From Spirochaetia bacterium (GTDB lineage Bacteria; Spirochaetota; Spirochaetia; SZUA-6; Fen-1364): a stretch of 40,176 bases of DNA. The translations under genes were made by a program, and so were the position numbers. The DNA is taken from NCBI GenBank assembly GCA_049514475.1, contig JBEKVA010000001.1, forward strand, positions 1 to 40,176. Reading direction: 5' to 3'. The notes under the pieces are model-generated. The model was given only the letters and a program-made list of their open reading frames with translations, was not told where the DNA came from and made no database searches. Shown in pieces: positions 17,596 to 26,064 of the stretch (positions within the stretch are counted from its first letter, which is position 1; every line of letters starts with the position of its first letter).

Positions 17596-17949
17596 ATGAG
17601 AATCCGAGTCAGGGCGGTGAACCTCGCGTTGGACGCACGCACGCGCGCGGAGATCGAGCTGCTGCTGCAGGCCAGCCTGGGACGGCTGGAGCGGCGCATC
17701 CTGCGCGTGGACGCGCGGGTGGCAGACCAGAACGGTCCGCGGGGCGGGGCCGACATTTCCTGCCTGGTGGAGGTGCGGCTGCGGCCGCGCGGGCGGCTGT
17801 TCGTGGAGGAGACCGATGTCGATCTCCAGGGAGCCGTGCGCCGGGCGGCGGACGCGGCGGCCACCACGGTGAGCAGGAACCTGGAACGCAAACGCGACCT
17901 GCACCGGCGGCCGTCAACGCGACCCGCGCTGGACGCCTCGGGCATCTAG
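17596..17949 (+). CDS. Short HPF/RaiA-like (ribosomal S30AE-family) protein
   Basis: RBS GGAGGT, then ATG at 17596. Product MRIRVRAVNLALDARTRAEIELLLQASLGRLERRILRVDARVADQNGPRGGADISCLVEVRLRPRGRLFVEETDVDLQGAVRRAADAA… shows the beta-alpha-beta-beta-beta-alpha pattern of this family. The long track ORF starting at 16993 is antisense to the LysR gene. Confidence 0.55.
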   Translation: MRIRVRAVNLALDARTRAEIELLLQASLGRLERRILRVDARVADQNGPRGGADISCLVEVRLRPRGRLFVEETDVDLQGAVRRAADAAATTVSRNLERKRDLHRRPSTRPALDASGI

Positions 17950-17961
17950 CGGGGAGTCACG

Positions 17962-18927
17962 GTGTTTCTGCATTCTATCGGGAGTCCGGCCCTCTGGGCC
18001 GGATTCCTTGTTTTTGTCGTGGCAATGCTTGCCCTGGACCTGGGCGTCTTTCATCGAAAGGACCATGTCATCGGCTTCCGAGAGGCGCTCCTGTGGTCGG
18101 GGGTCTGGATCGGTCTTTCCCTTCTCTTCGGCACCGGGATCACGCTGGGGTTCGGCGCGCAGAAAGGCCTGGAGTTCTTCACGGGCTACGTGATCGAGAA
18201 GGCGTTGTCCATCGACAACCTGTTCGTCTTCCTTGTCATTTTCTCGGCCTTCCAGGTTCCCCCTGCCCTGCAGCACAGGGTGCTGTTCTGGGGCATCATC
18301 GGCGCCCTGCTCCTGAGGGGGCTCTTCATCCTGGCCGGCGGGGCATTCCTTGAGAGCGTCCACTGGGCCATCTACATCTTCGGGGGCATCCTCGTGTTCA
18401 CCGGCGTGAAGCTCCTGGTGCGCCGGGACGCCGAGTCGCATCCGGAGCGCAATCCGGTGACCCGGCTTCTCTCCCGCGTGCTGCCCCTGGCACTGGACTA
18501 CCGGGGGCACAACTTCACGATCGTGCGGCAGGGCCGGCGGCTTTTCACCATGCTGTTCCTGGCGCTGGTGACCGTCGAGGTCTCCGACGTGGTGTTCGCC
18601 GTGGATTCGATCCCCGCCGTCTTTGCCGTCACCACGGACCCGTTCATCGTTTTCACGTCCAACATATTCGCCATCCTCGGCCTGCGGTCCCTGTACTTCG
18701 TGCTGGCCGGGGTCATGGAGAAGTTCCGCCTCTTGAAGCTGGGGCTCGCCGGAGTGCTCCTCTTCGTCGGGGGAAAAATGCTGCTCTCCGGCGTGCTTGC
18801 CATCCCTATCGGGCTTTCCCTGGGCATCATAGCGCTCCTGATCGGCGCCTCTATCGCGCTCTCCCTTCTTACTGCGGGACGAGCTCCACGCGCCGATTCC
18901 GGGCACGACCGTCTTCGCTCAGGTTAG
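17962..18927 (+). CDS. TerC/Alx-family integral membrane protein
   Basis: GTG start 12 nt after the HPF-like stop. Motifs …GYVIEKALSIDNLFVFLVIF… and …VTVEVSDVVFAVDSIPAVFAVT…FIVFTSNIFAILGLRSLYF are the duplicated TerC signature. Confidence 0.9.
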   Translation: MFLHSIGSPALWAGFLVFVVAMLALDLGVFHRKDHVIGFREALLWSGVWIGLSLLFGTGITLGFGAQKGLEFFTGYVIEKALSIDNLFVFLVIFSAFQVPPALQHRVLFWGIIGALLLRGLFILAGGAFLESVHWAIYIFGGILVFTGVKLLVRRDAESHPERNPVTRLLSRVLPLALDYRGHNFTIVRQGRRLFTMLFLALVTVEVSDVVFAVDSIPAVFAVTTDPFIVFTSNIFAILGLRSLYFVLAGVMEKFRLLKLGLAGVLLFVGGKMLLSGVLAIPIGLSLGIIALLIGASIALSLLTAGRAPRADSGHDRLRSG

Positions 18928-19534
18928 TGGCCACCGGGCAGTACGGCCCTGCGCCAAACGGGCTTAAGCGGGCGGCCTCTATGCCATACTTGTCGACGAG
19001 GTTTTTCACGACAGCCGCAGCGTGCCCCGCTTCCCTGATGCCCGCGCGCAGCGCCTCGGCATTGGCGGTCACCTGCTGCACCATGGCGTCCTTTTCCACG
19101 ATGGTGAGCGTAAAGCCTCCCCATCCGGCATCGACCTCGGAATTGATCTCAGCCCAGGTCTCCTTGCCGTTCTTCACGATCTTCATGGTGATGAAGTCAT
19201 CACTCTTGCGGTAGGGAACGCTGCCACCGATCTTCTTCAGCGCATTCTCATAGTTGCGGATCACCTGCAATGACGAGGGCTTCTTCTTCTCCCCCGCCCA
19301 GGTATAGCCCATGCTGATCTTGTGGCCTTCGACCACGACGACCGCCCCCTTGTCGCCGGTGAACTCGTAGGAGGCGAACTCGTTCTCCTCGTACTGGTTG
19401 ATGTACCACCCTGGCATCCGGGTGAAGAGCGCCGGGTCCTTACTGCCCTCCACGTCGCTTTGCGCCGCGGCAAAGCTGAGGGCGAAGAGCATTCCAAGAA
19501 CGACGACGGCGAACCGAGTCAGATTCCGCACCAT
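18869..19534 (-). CDS. DUF4892-like periplasmic protein with a truncated OmpA-like C-terminal domain
   Basis: ATG at 19534 follows AAGGGGGG. Signal peptide MVRNLTRFAVVVLGMLFALSFAAAQS. The body …KDPALFTRMPGWYINQYEENEFASYEF…SSLQVIRNYENALKKIGG… matches the DUF4892 pattern. Only the last ~45 aa of an OmpA domain are present (…AAAVVKNLVDKYGIEAARLSPFGAGPYCPVATNLSEDGRARNRRVELV). Confidence 0.7.
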   Translation of the reverse strand: MVRNLTRFAVVVLGMLFALSFAAAQSDVEGSKDPALFTRMPGWYINQYEENEFASYEFTGDKGAVVVVEGHKISMGYTWAGEKKKPSSLQVIRNYENALKKIGGSVPYRKSDDFITMKIVKNGKETWAEINSEVDAGWGGFTLTIVEKDAMVQQVTANAEALRAGIREAGHAAAVVKNLVDKYGIEAARLSPFGAGPYCPVATNLSEDGRARNRRVELVPQ

Positions 19535-19598
19535 ATTAATGTCCCCCCTTGTCGAAGATGAGTGGGCCGCCTGTCTTTTAGAACTATCGCTTGGGCCC

Positions 19599-20456
19599 TC
19601 AGGCCCCTGATGCCTGCAGGCCGGGATCCGGCTGCGCCGCGCGGACCTTGCCGACGAAGAAATCACCCGAGTAGCCGATGTCTTTGGACACCCGCCAGGC
19701 GCACTCCAGCACGATGAGCTCGAAGGCCGCCTTGCTGGCCGCGTCGATGGTGCTTAGCAGGCAGGTGACACCAAGCCCGGCCACCGCTTTGCCCTGCACG
19801 TCGAAGACCGGCGCGCCGATGCACTGGATGCCCGAGGTGTATTCCTCGTTGTCGTAGGCAAGGCCCGTCTTGCGGGTGAGCTCAAGCTGCTGGAGGAACT
19901 CGGTGCGCAGCACGATGGTGTTGGGAGTGAGGCCGGTGAGCCGGGACGGGATGACCTGCTTCACGTCCTCTTCCCCCATGAAGGCGAGCACCGCCTTGCC
20001 GTAAGCGTTGGGGTGCATGAAGACGAGGCTGCCGGGAACCACCCGCAGGTAGAAGGACACCTCGGGGCTCACCGTATCCAGCACGAGCATCCTGTCTCCC
20101 TGGGGGATCTGGATCTGGCAGGTTTCCTCGGTCTCACGGCACATCCATTCCAGGTGCGGACGCGCGCGCTGGCGCAGCTCGAAGCGCGTGTACAGGCTCA
20201 TGCCGAGTGAGAACACGCGCGTGGAAAGCTGGTAGCCGCCGGTGACGGGGTCCTGGACCGTGTACTCCCGCTCGGTGAGCCGCTTCAGAATCCGAAAAAC
20301 CGAATTGACGGGAAGCTTCAGGCAGCGCGCCAGCTCCGTGGTCCCGTAGGGCCGCGGATGCTTTGCCATGAACTCCAGTATGTCCAGCGCGCGATCCACG
20401 GCGGGAGCCGCGTACTCCCTGTTCTTCTTGGCCGGCTTGTCCGTTCCCGCGCTCAT
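19599..20456 (-). CDS. IclR-family transcriptional regulator
   Basis: 285 aa. The wHTH is AVDRALDILEFMAKHPRPYGTTELARCLKLPVNSVFRILKRLTEREY, followed by an IclR effector domain (…GIQCIGAPVFDVQGKAVAGLGV…). Confidence 0.9.
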   Translation of the reverse strand: MSAGTDKPAKKNREYAAPAVDRALDILEFMAKHPRPYGTTELARCLKLPVNSVFRILKRLTEREYTVQDPVTGGYQLSTRVFSLGMSLYTRFELRQRARPHLEWMCRETEETCQIQIPQGDRMLVLDTVSPEVSFYLRVVPGSLVFMHPNAYGKAVLAFMGEEDVKQVIPSRLTGLTPNTIVLRTEFLQQLELTRKTGLAYDNEEYTSGIQCIGAPVFDVQGKAVAGLGVTCLLSTIDAASKAAFELIVLECAWRVSKDIGYSGDFFVGKVRAAQPDPGLQASGA

Positions 20457-20469
20457 GTTCTCCTCACAG

Positions 20470-22608
20470 TCATTTCTCCGTCATCACCCATACGCCATTC
20501 CAGTCAGTCTCCCGGGGGCTTGCGGCAAGCGCCCGGCACTTCTTCGCGTAGTTGGCCGCCGGCGGGTCTACAGAAGCTATCCCTTCAAATATCCGTTCCG
20601 CATCGGTAAAGCGGCCCGCGTAAAACTCTTTCAGACCCTTGTCGAAGATCTCGAGTGTCGGCTTCCGCGCGGCGTACTGCTCGGGGAGCATCGGCTCGAA
20701 CACCGTGACCGGCTCCCTGCGGCCCACCACCGCCACGCGGGAAAGCTCCCGCACGGGGAAGGCCCCGCCGATCCTCTCCACCGTTGCACGGGAGATCATG
20801 AAATACGTGCCGAACTGCTTGTTGATGCCCTCCAGGCGCGCCGAGAGGTTCACCTGGTCGCCGAGCATCGTGTAGTCGAAACGCGTCTTGGACCCCATGT
20901 TCCCCACGACCGCCTGCCCCGTGTTCATGCCCACGCGCATGAACATGTCCTTGCCGATGCGGGCCCTGATGGCCGGCCGCATCTCGGCCAGCTTTGCCTG
21001 GCAGCGAAGGGCGGCGCGCACGCCGCGCACCGCGTGGTCATCCTGGGACAGGGGCGCGTTCCAGAAGGCGATGATGGCATCTCCTTCGAACTTGTCGATC
21101 GTACCGCCTTCTTCCTGGATGATGTCCACCATCGCGGTGAGGTACTCGTTGAGGAGGGCCGTCAGGTCCTCGGGGGAGAGCGCCTCGGAGATCGTGGTGA
21201 ACCCCTGCACGTCGGAGAAGAAGATCGTGAGCTCACGCCGCTCCCCGCCGAGTGTCAGCCGCTCGGGGTGCGCAATAAGCTCCTCGATGACCGTCGGGCT
21301 CAGGTACTGGCTGAAGGCGCCCTTGATGTAGCGCTTCTGCCGGCCTTCCGTTGCGTAGCTGACCAGGCTGGACCCGACAAGGGAAAACACGACGCCCAGC
21401 TCAAGCACGACCATTTGCAGCCAGTACCCCAGGGCGTACGCGCCGATGGTCAACGCGGGAGCCAGGGGGATGAAAACGACGTACATGACGGCGCTCACCC
21501 CTGCCCGCTGCACGCTGGAGATGGCAATTCCCGCTCCAAGGCACAGCAGGAGCAGCAGCGCGAGGGTGGGGACCAGGGACACGGAGCGCATGAAATCCCC
21601 GGAGAGCAGGTTGTCCAGCATCGTCGCAAACACCTCGACGCCGGGATAGGAGCCGGACATCGGGGTGGGCTTCAGGTCGTAGAGGCCGGGCGCGGTGACG
21701 CCGAAGAAGACGTACTTGTCCTTGAACAGGGCCGGATCCACCTTCGGGGCCTGCCCGTCCCGTATCAGGAGCTCCGACTGCACCACGGAGGCGGCACTCC
21801 GGGCAAAGTGCGTCTGGGTGGGGCCGCGGTAGCGCAGCAGCGCCCTGCCCGCCGCATCGATGGGAACCTGCTTTCCTCCAATGGTAAGGGAGCCTGGAGC
21901 GATGGAGAGAGCCGGCGACTGGCCGGCACCTGCAAGCCATGCACCAAGGGACTCCGACGGAACCGGTTTGCCTGCAAACGTGCTGAAGAGCGGCTCGCTG
22001 CGATAGACCCCGTCCACCGGGTCCGCGGGAAGATTCGTGTTTGCAATCACCAGGGCATTGCGTGAAAGCTCAGGTATGGGAAACTGCGCCTTGGGAAAAT
22101 CGAGTGCCTTGGGGATCTGCCCCTTCACGGTGAGCTGCGGCGAGGGCACGTCGGCAGGCCACGCGGTGGCCACCCCCTGCTCAGTGGCAAGATTCATCAC
22201 GCCCACCACCCGGCCGTTATCCGCAATCCCCTGCCCGAAGGCCTGATCGTCGGACACTCCGAAAGCGGAGGGTTCAGTGAGGATCAGGTCGAAGACCAGG
22301 GCCTTTGCGCCGCCCCGCTTGCAGAAGGAGGCGACTGCCGCGTAAACCTCGCGCGGCCACGGCCAGGGCCAGCCGTTCTCGCTCTTGCCCCAGTTCAGGC
22401 TCTGCTGATCGAGGAGGATGGTGGCCACCTGCCCCGTGGCAGCTCCTGGGCGGGCCAGCAGGCGCGCCCGCAGGTCCCACGTCTTTGCCTCGAACCCGCC
22501 GGTGGCCCCTGGCAGCCAGAGCGCGGCGGCAAGCACGGCGGCCGCTGCCCCGACCACCGCGCCCTGGATGACCCTGCGCAGCGCCCGGGCGGATTCGTGG
22601 CTCGCCAT
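20470..22608 (-). CDS. CHASE2-sensor class III adenylate cyclase
   Basis: 712 aa: an N-terminal TM segment, a periplasmic CHASE2-like region (…TWDLRARLLARPGAATGQVATILLDQQSL…), 3 TM helices and a cyclase domain. The cyclase shows the metal Asp residues (FFSDVQGFT, FEGDAIIAFW), a Lys (IDKFEGD) and Thr (DYTMLGDQVNLSARLE) pair, which suggests ATP specificity of the class IIIb type. Confidence 0.85.
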   Translation of the reverse strand: MASHESARALRRVIQGAVVGAAAAVLAAALWLPGATGGFEAKTWDLRARLLARPGAATGQVATILLDQQSLNWGKSENGWPWPWPREVYAAVASFCKRGGAKALVFDLILTEPSAFGVSDDQAFGQGIADNGRVVGVMNLATEQGVATAWPADVPSPQLTVKGQIPKALDFPKAQFPIPELSRNALVIANTNLPADPVDGVYRSEPLFSTFAGKPVPSESLGAWLAGAGQSPALSIAPGSLTIGGKQVPIDAAGRALLRYRGPTQTHFARSAASVVQSELLIRDGQAPKVDPALFKDKYVFFGVTAPGLYDLKPTPMSGSYPGVEVFATMLDNLLSGDFMRSVSLVPTLALLLLLCLGAGIAISSVQRAGVSAVMYVVFIPLAPALTIGAYALGYWLQMVVLELGVVFSLVGSSLVSYATEGRQKRYIKGAFSQYLSPTVIEELIAHPERLTLGGERRELTIFFSDVQGFTTISEALSPEDLTALLNEYLTAMVDIIQEEGGTIDKFEGDAIIAFWNAPLSQDDHAVRGVRAALRCQAKLAEMRPAIRARIGKDMFMRVGMNTGQAVVGNMGSKTRFDYTMLGDQVNLSARLEGINKQFGTYFMISRATVERIGGAFPVRELSRVAVVGRREPVTVFEPMLPEQYAARKPTLEIFDKGLKEFYAGRFTDAERIFEGIASVDPPAANYAKKCRALAASPRETDWNGVWVMTEK

Positions 22609-22611
22609 GGC

Positions 22612-23517
22612 CTATATCTTCTGCAGAGCCGCCGTGTAGCGCGCCTGCCGGCCCTTTATCTGCGCGGCCGTTGCGGCGGGCACCGGCGTCTGCTCCTTGA
22701 TGGCGTCAGTGAGGTACGCAATCCTGACCACGGGATCCGGGTGCGTCTTGGCGAAGTCCTTGCCGTCCGGCTTCAGCTTCGTCTTCATGACGGTGAGGAC
22801 GCGCACGAGGGCCTGCGGATCATAGCCGACATCGTGCAGGATCCGTATTGCTTCGAGGTCCGCCGCCTTTTCCAGGTCCCGGGAATAGCCCGACGTGACC
22901 ATTGTCTTCACGATGTCCCCGATCACCCCTCCGAATGAGGCGGTGAGATCGCGCAGGACGCCGGAGTCGGAGCTGGAGGCCGCGAACTTGGCGATTTCAA
23001 GGAGGGCCTCGGTCTTGCGCGCGGAGCTGATGGCGCTCATGCCGTGCTTCAGGGAGACGTGGCCGATCTCGTGGGCCAGGATGGCCGCCACCTCGTCTTC
23101 GCTCTTCGCGCAGCGCAGGAGCCCGCGGCTCACAAGGATGAACCCGCTGGGAGCGCCGAAGGCGTTGATGTCATCGGAGTCCATGATGAGGAAATGATAG
23201 CCGCTGAAGGTCTCCGGCAGCACCGAGGCAAGCGACAGGCTGCGCCCGAGGGTGTTCAGGTAGTCGTTGGCCTTCTGGGTGTCCCAAGCCGGGTACATGC
23301 CAAGGACCGTGGCTGCCACGGCGCGGCCGATATAGTACTCCTGTTCGGGGGTGATCTCTTCATTGGCCTTCTGGACAGAGGTGGCAACCTTGCCTCCCCC
23401 TTCCGCGAGTGTCGAGATGTCCCCGATGTTGCCGCTCAGCGCCCCGGAAAGGGTCGAGCAGCCGGCCATGACGAGCACGAGGGCAAAGACAAAAATTGCA
23501 CGCAGCAGGGTTTTCAT
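22612..23517 (-). CDS. M48-family zinc metallopeptidase lipoprotein
   Basis: Lipobox LVMAGCS. HEXXH motif AILAHEIGHVSLKHG. The stop lies 3 nt before the cyclase start. Confidence 0.85.
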   Translation of the reverse strand: MKTLLRAIFVFALVLVMAGCSTLSGALSGNIGDISTLAEGGGKVATSVQKANEEITPEQEYYIGRAVAATVLGMYPAWDTQKANDYLNTLGRSLSLASVLPETFSGYHFLIMDSDDINAFGAPSGFILVSRGLLRCAKSEDEVAAILAHEIGHVSLKHGMSAISSARKTEALLEIAKFAASSSDSGVLRDLTASFGGVIGDIVKTMVTSGYSRDLEKAADLEAIRILHDVGYDPQALVRVLTVMKTKLKPDGKDFAKTHPDPVVRIAYLTDAIKEQTPVPAATAAQIKGRQARYTAALQKI

Positions 23518-24014
23518 TTCGCACCTCCCTGCTGGGAGAGCCCGCCGGAGGTGAGGAAGGCGGCCACCTGCTCGGGCGGCACCTTGAATGCCTCCATCTT
23601 GTCCACCCAGGTGTAGTCCAGCTTCTGGTCCTTCTTGTACTGCGCCTCGACGTCGGAGTTGAACCCCTTGCCGGCAAGCGCAACGTCACCGCTGGAAGCG
23701 GAGGCTTCGGCGGTCTCCGTGCCGGCTTTCATGACGATGTCCTTTTTCGTCAGGGCCGACGCGTTGACCCAGCCCTGCAGCTTCTTCGCCGGGCTGCTCA
23801 CCTTCAGCCAGCCCTTGGGCGCATCCGCCGGCTGCTCGAGGATGGTCACCTTGTCCCCGTAGGCCAGGGCGCCCACGAGCTTGCCCAGGTAGCTCGCGGT
23901 GGCCCGCACCTGGGTCTCCTTGACGGTCACGCTCATCTGCGACGGATCGGCGGCAAACGCGGATCCGGCAGCCAGCACGAGAAGCACCGCAATCAAAGCG
24001 CGCGATCTTGTCAT
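23514..24014 (-). CDS. Secreted bacterial SH3-domain protein
   Basis: ATG at 24014. Signal peptide MTRSRALIAVLLVLAAGSAFA. SH3b-like stretch VKETQVRATASYLGKLVGALAYGDKVTILEQPADAPKGWLKVSSPAKKLQGWVNASAL. The TGA overlaps the ATG of the M48 gene (ATGA). The 351-aa track ORF is an upstream off-frame extension. Confidence 0.7.
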   Translation of the reverse strand: MTRSRALIAVLLVLAAGSAFAADPSQMSVTVKETQVRATASYLGKLVGALAYGDKVTILEQPADAPKGWLKVSSPAKKLQGWVNASALTKKDIVMKAGTETAEASASSGDVALAGKGFNSDVEAQYKKDQKLDYTWVDKMEAFKVPPEQVAAFLTSGGLSQQGGAK

Positions 24015-24115
24015 CCTGTCGGCCCTCCGACGTTCATTGTAGCCCGGATCCAGCCGCGTGTCACGGGCGCCGATGGGCGCCGGAGCAAACCCGCCAGCAG
24101 CGGAAGGGCGCTTTC

Positions 24116-24144
24116 TTGACAGGACACCCCGAATCGAGAACACT
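24116..24144 (+). promoter_or_regulatory. Candidate promoter of the pst operon
   Basis: TTGACA (24116-24121), 17 nt spacer, AACACT (24139-24144). The -10 is weak. It would put the transcript start within a few nt of the GTG at 24153. Confidence 0.25.
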
Positions 24145-24152
24145 CGGCCTCG

Positions 24153-25073
24153 GTGTTTCCCACGAGAATCCTGATGACATTGGCGCTCGCAAGCTGCACG
24201 GCCTTGCTCATGGCAGGCTGTGCCCGCGGCGGCCTCAACGGCGGGAAGGAGGGGGCACCCGGTTCCGCCCCTGCCGCGGCCGCCTCCTCCTTCCAGAACA
24301 CCGGCTCCGACACCCTGGTGAACCTGGCCCTTGCCTGGGCGGAACGCTACATGGCGCTGCACCCCGAGGTCCGCATCTCGGTCACCGGCGGCGGCTCGGG
24401 AACAGGCATCGCCTCCCTTATCAATGGAACAATCCAGATCGCCAACGCGTCCCGCGAGATGTCCCCCGAGGAGATCGCCCTGGCGAAAAAGAACGGGATC
24501 AACCCGGTGCGCTTCATCGTGGCCCTGGACGCCATCGCCGTTGTGGTCAACCCGGAAAATCCCGTGCACGGGCTCACCCTGCGGCAGATCTCCGACATGT
24601 ACACGGGCAGGATTACACGCTGGTCGTCCGTGGGCGGGGAGGATCGGCCCATCGTCCTTCTTTCGCGCGAGTCCAATTCCGGCACCTACGTGTACTTCCT
24701 CGAGCAGGTCATCAGGTTGGGCGATGCAAAGAGCAAGACCCTCTTTTCCCCCGAGACGCTCCTCATGCCCTCCTCCGAGGGCATCGGCGCCGAGGTGCGG
24801 CAGAACCCCAACGCCATCGGCTACGACGGGCTGGGCTACGTGACGAGAGAGCAGAAGATGCTCGCCGTTTCCCGTGCGGACGGCCTGCCCTACGTTCCGC
24901 CATCGGCGCCCACCGTGCTGAACAAGAGCTACCCCATCGCCCGTCCGCTTTACATGTACACGGCGGGGCAGCCCACGGGCGCGGTGAAGGCATACCTCGA
25001 CTGGATCATGGGGGACGGCCAGAAGACGGTGACAGACCTGGGCTTCGTTCCCCTTGAAGGAAGCGGCTCGTAA
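24153..25073 (+). CDS. pstS: Phosphate-binding lipoprotein PstS
   Basis: Lipobox LLMAGCA. Motifs …SVTGGGSGTGIASLINGTIQIANASREM… and …SRESNSGTYVYF… are characteristic of PstS-type binding proteins. An alternative ATG start lies at 24174. Confidence 0.9.
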   Translation: MFPTRILMTLALASCTALLMAGCARGGLNGGKEGAPGSAPAAAASSFQNTGSDTLVNLALAWAERYMALHPEVRISVTGGGSGTGIASLINGTIQIANASREMSPEEIALAKKNGINPVRFIVALDAIAVVVNPENPVHGLTLRQISDMYTGRITRWSSVGGEDRPIVLLSRESNSGTYVYFLEQVIRLGDAKSKTLFSPETLLMPSSEGIGAEVRQNPNAIGYDGLGYVTREQKMLAVSRADGLPYVPPSAPTVLNKSYPIARPLYMYTAGQPTGAVKAYLDWIMGDGQKTVTDLGFVPLEGSGS

Positions 25074-26005
25074 TGGGACACATGCCTTATGGCCCGAATG
25101 CGCAGGCCATGCGCCCCCGTCTGAAAGGACAGCGGTTCTCGGAGCTCACCATCGAGACCCTCATCCGCATCCTGGGCTTTTCCACCATCGCCTTCGTGCT
25201 GCTGATATTCCTCTTTCTCCTGAGAGAGGGTGTGCCGGTCTTCTTCGAGGTCCCGCTCAAGGGGCTTTTCTCCACGCACTGGTATCCCACGTTCGGCATC
25301 TTCGGCACCCTCCCGCTGATCCTCGGATCAATACTGGTCACGCTGCTCGCCATCGTCATCGCCCTGCCCCTGGGGGTGGCAACGGCCGTGTTCGTCCGCG
25401 AGGTGGCCCCCCGCTGGGCGCGGGAAATTCTGAAGCCCATCATCGAGGTGCTCGCCGGCATCCCCTCTGTGGTGCTCGGCTTCTTCGGCATGACATTCGT
25501 CGCCCCCCTGGTGCGCGACCTCCTGGGCGCGCCCACGGGTCTCACGGCGTTCTCCGGCGCGTTCATCCTTGCCTACATGGCCCTGCCCACCCTCATCAGC
25601 GTTGCAGAGGATGCCCTGGACTCGGTTCCCAAGAGCTACCGCGATGCGGGACTGGCGATGGGTGCCACGCGGTGGCAGACCATCTGGCGGGTCGTAGTAC
25701 CCGCGGCGCGCTCGGGGATCCTCACCGCGGTGATGCTCGGCATGGGCCGGGCCATTGGCGAGACGATGGCGGTGATGATGGTCACGGGCAACGCGGCGGT
25801 GATGCCCGGCCTCTCCTCCCTGCTGCGCCCGGTGCGCACCATGACCGCCACCATTGCAGCGGAGATGGGTGAGGTGGCGCGGGGGGGCACCCACTACCAT
25901 GCCCTGTTCGGCATCGGGATCATCCTTTTCGTTCTCACCTTCCTCATCAACCTCGCGGCGGCCGGGGCGATCTTCCAGAAGAGGCGCCGGGGAGGCCTGC
26001 GCTGA
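25073..26005 (+). CDS. pstC: Phosphate ABC transporter permease PstC
   Basis: 310 aa, 6 TM segments. Its EAA-type loop is …ISVAEDALDSVPKSYRDAGLAMGATRWQTIWRVVVPAA…. The ATG overlaps the pstS TAA. Confidence 0.9.
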   Translation: MGHMPYGPNAQAMRPRLKGQRFSELTIETLIRILGFSTIAFVLLIFLFLLREGVPVFFEVPLKGLFSTHWYPTFGIFGTLPLILGSILVTLLAIVIALPLGVATAVFVREVAPRWAREILKPIIEVLAGIPSVVLGFFGMTFVAPLVRDLLGAPTGLTAFSGAFILAYMALPTLISVAEDALDSVPKSYRDAGLAMGATRWQTIWRVVVPAARSGILTAVMLGMGRAIGETMAVMMVTGNAAVMPGLSSLLRPVRTMTATIAAEMGEVARGGTHYHALFGIGIILFVLTFLINLAAAGAIFQKRRRGGLR

Positions 26006-26064
26006 AAAACCGGGCAATTGCGCAGCGGCTGGGATTCTTCCTCCTCGGGCTCATCACGCTGATC

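Noticed and set aside
17914-18906. 330-aa minus-strand ORF
   Set aside because: Antisense to the TerC gene, with an extremely charged and repetitive translation (E/D/G/H/P/Q). Shadow ORF.
20368-22065. 565-aa plus-strand ORF
   Set aside because: Antisense to the CHASE2 cyclase gene, with an R/H/G/L/D-rich shadow translation.
24006-24022. Pho-box-like TTGTCATCCTGTCGG upstream of pstS
   Set aside because: The two TGTC(A/G) half-sites are 8 bp apart rather than the 11-bp phase of PhoB boxes. They overlap the start codon of the divergent SH3 gene, about 130 nt from pstS. Not enough to call.
23514-24569. 351-aa minus-strand ORF as a single gene
   Set aside because: Upstream of the internal ATG at 24014 the translation is G/R/D-rich and overlaps pstS on the other strand. 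Only the last 166 residues (signal peptide plus SH3b) are credible.
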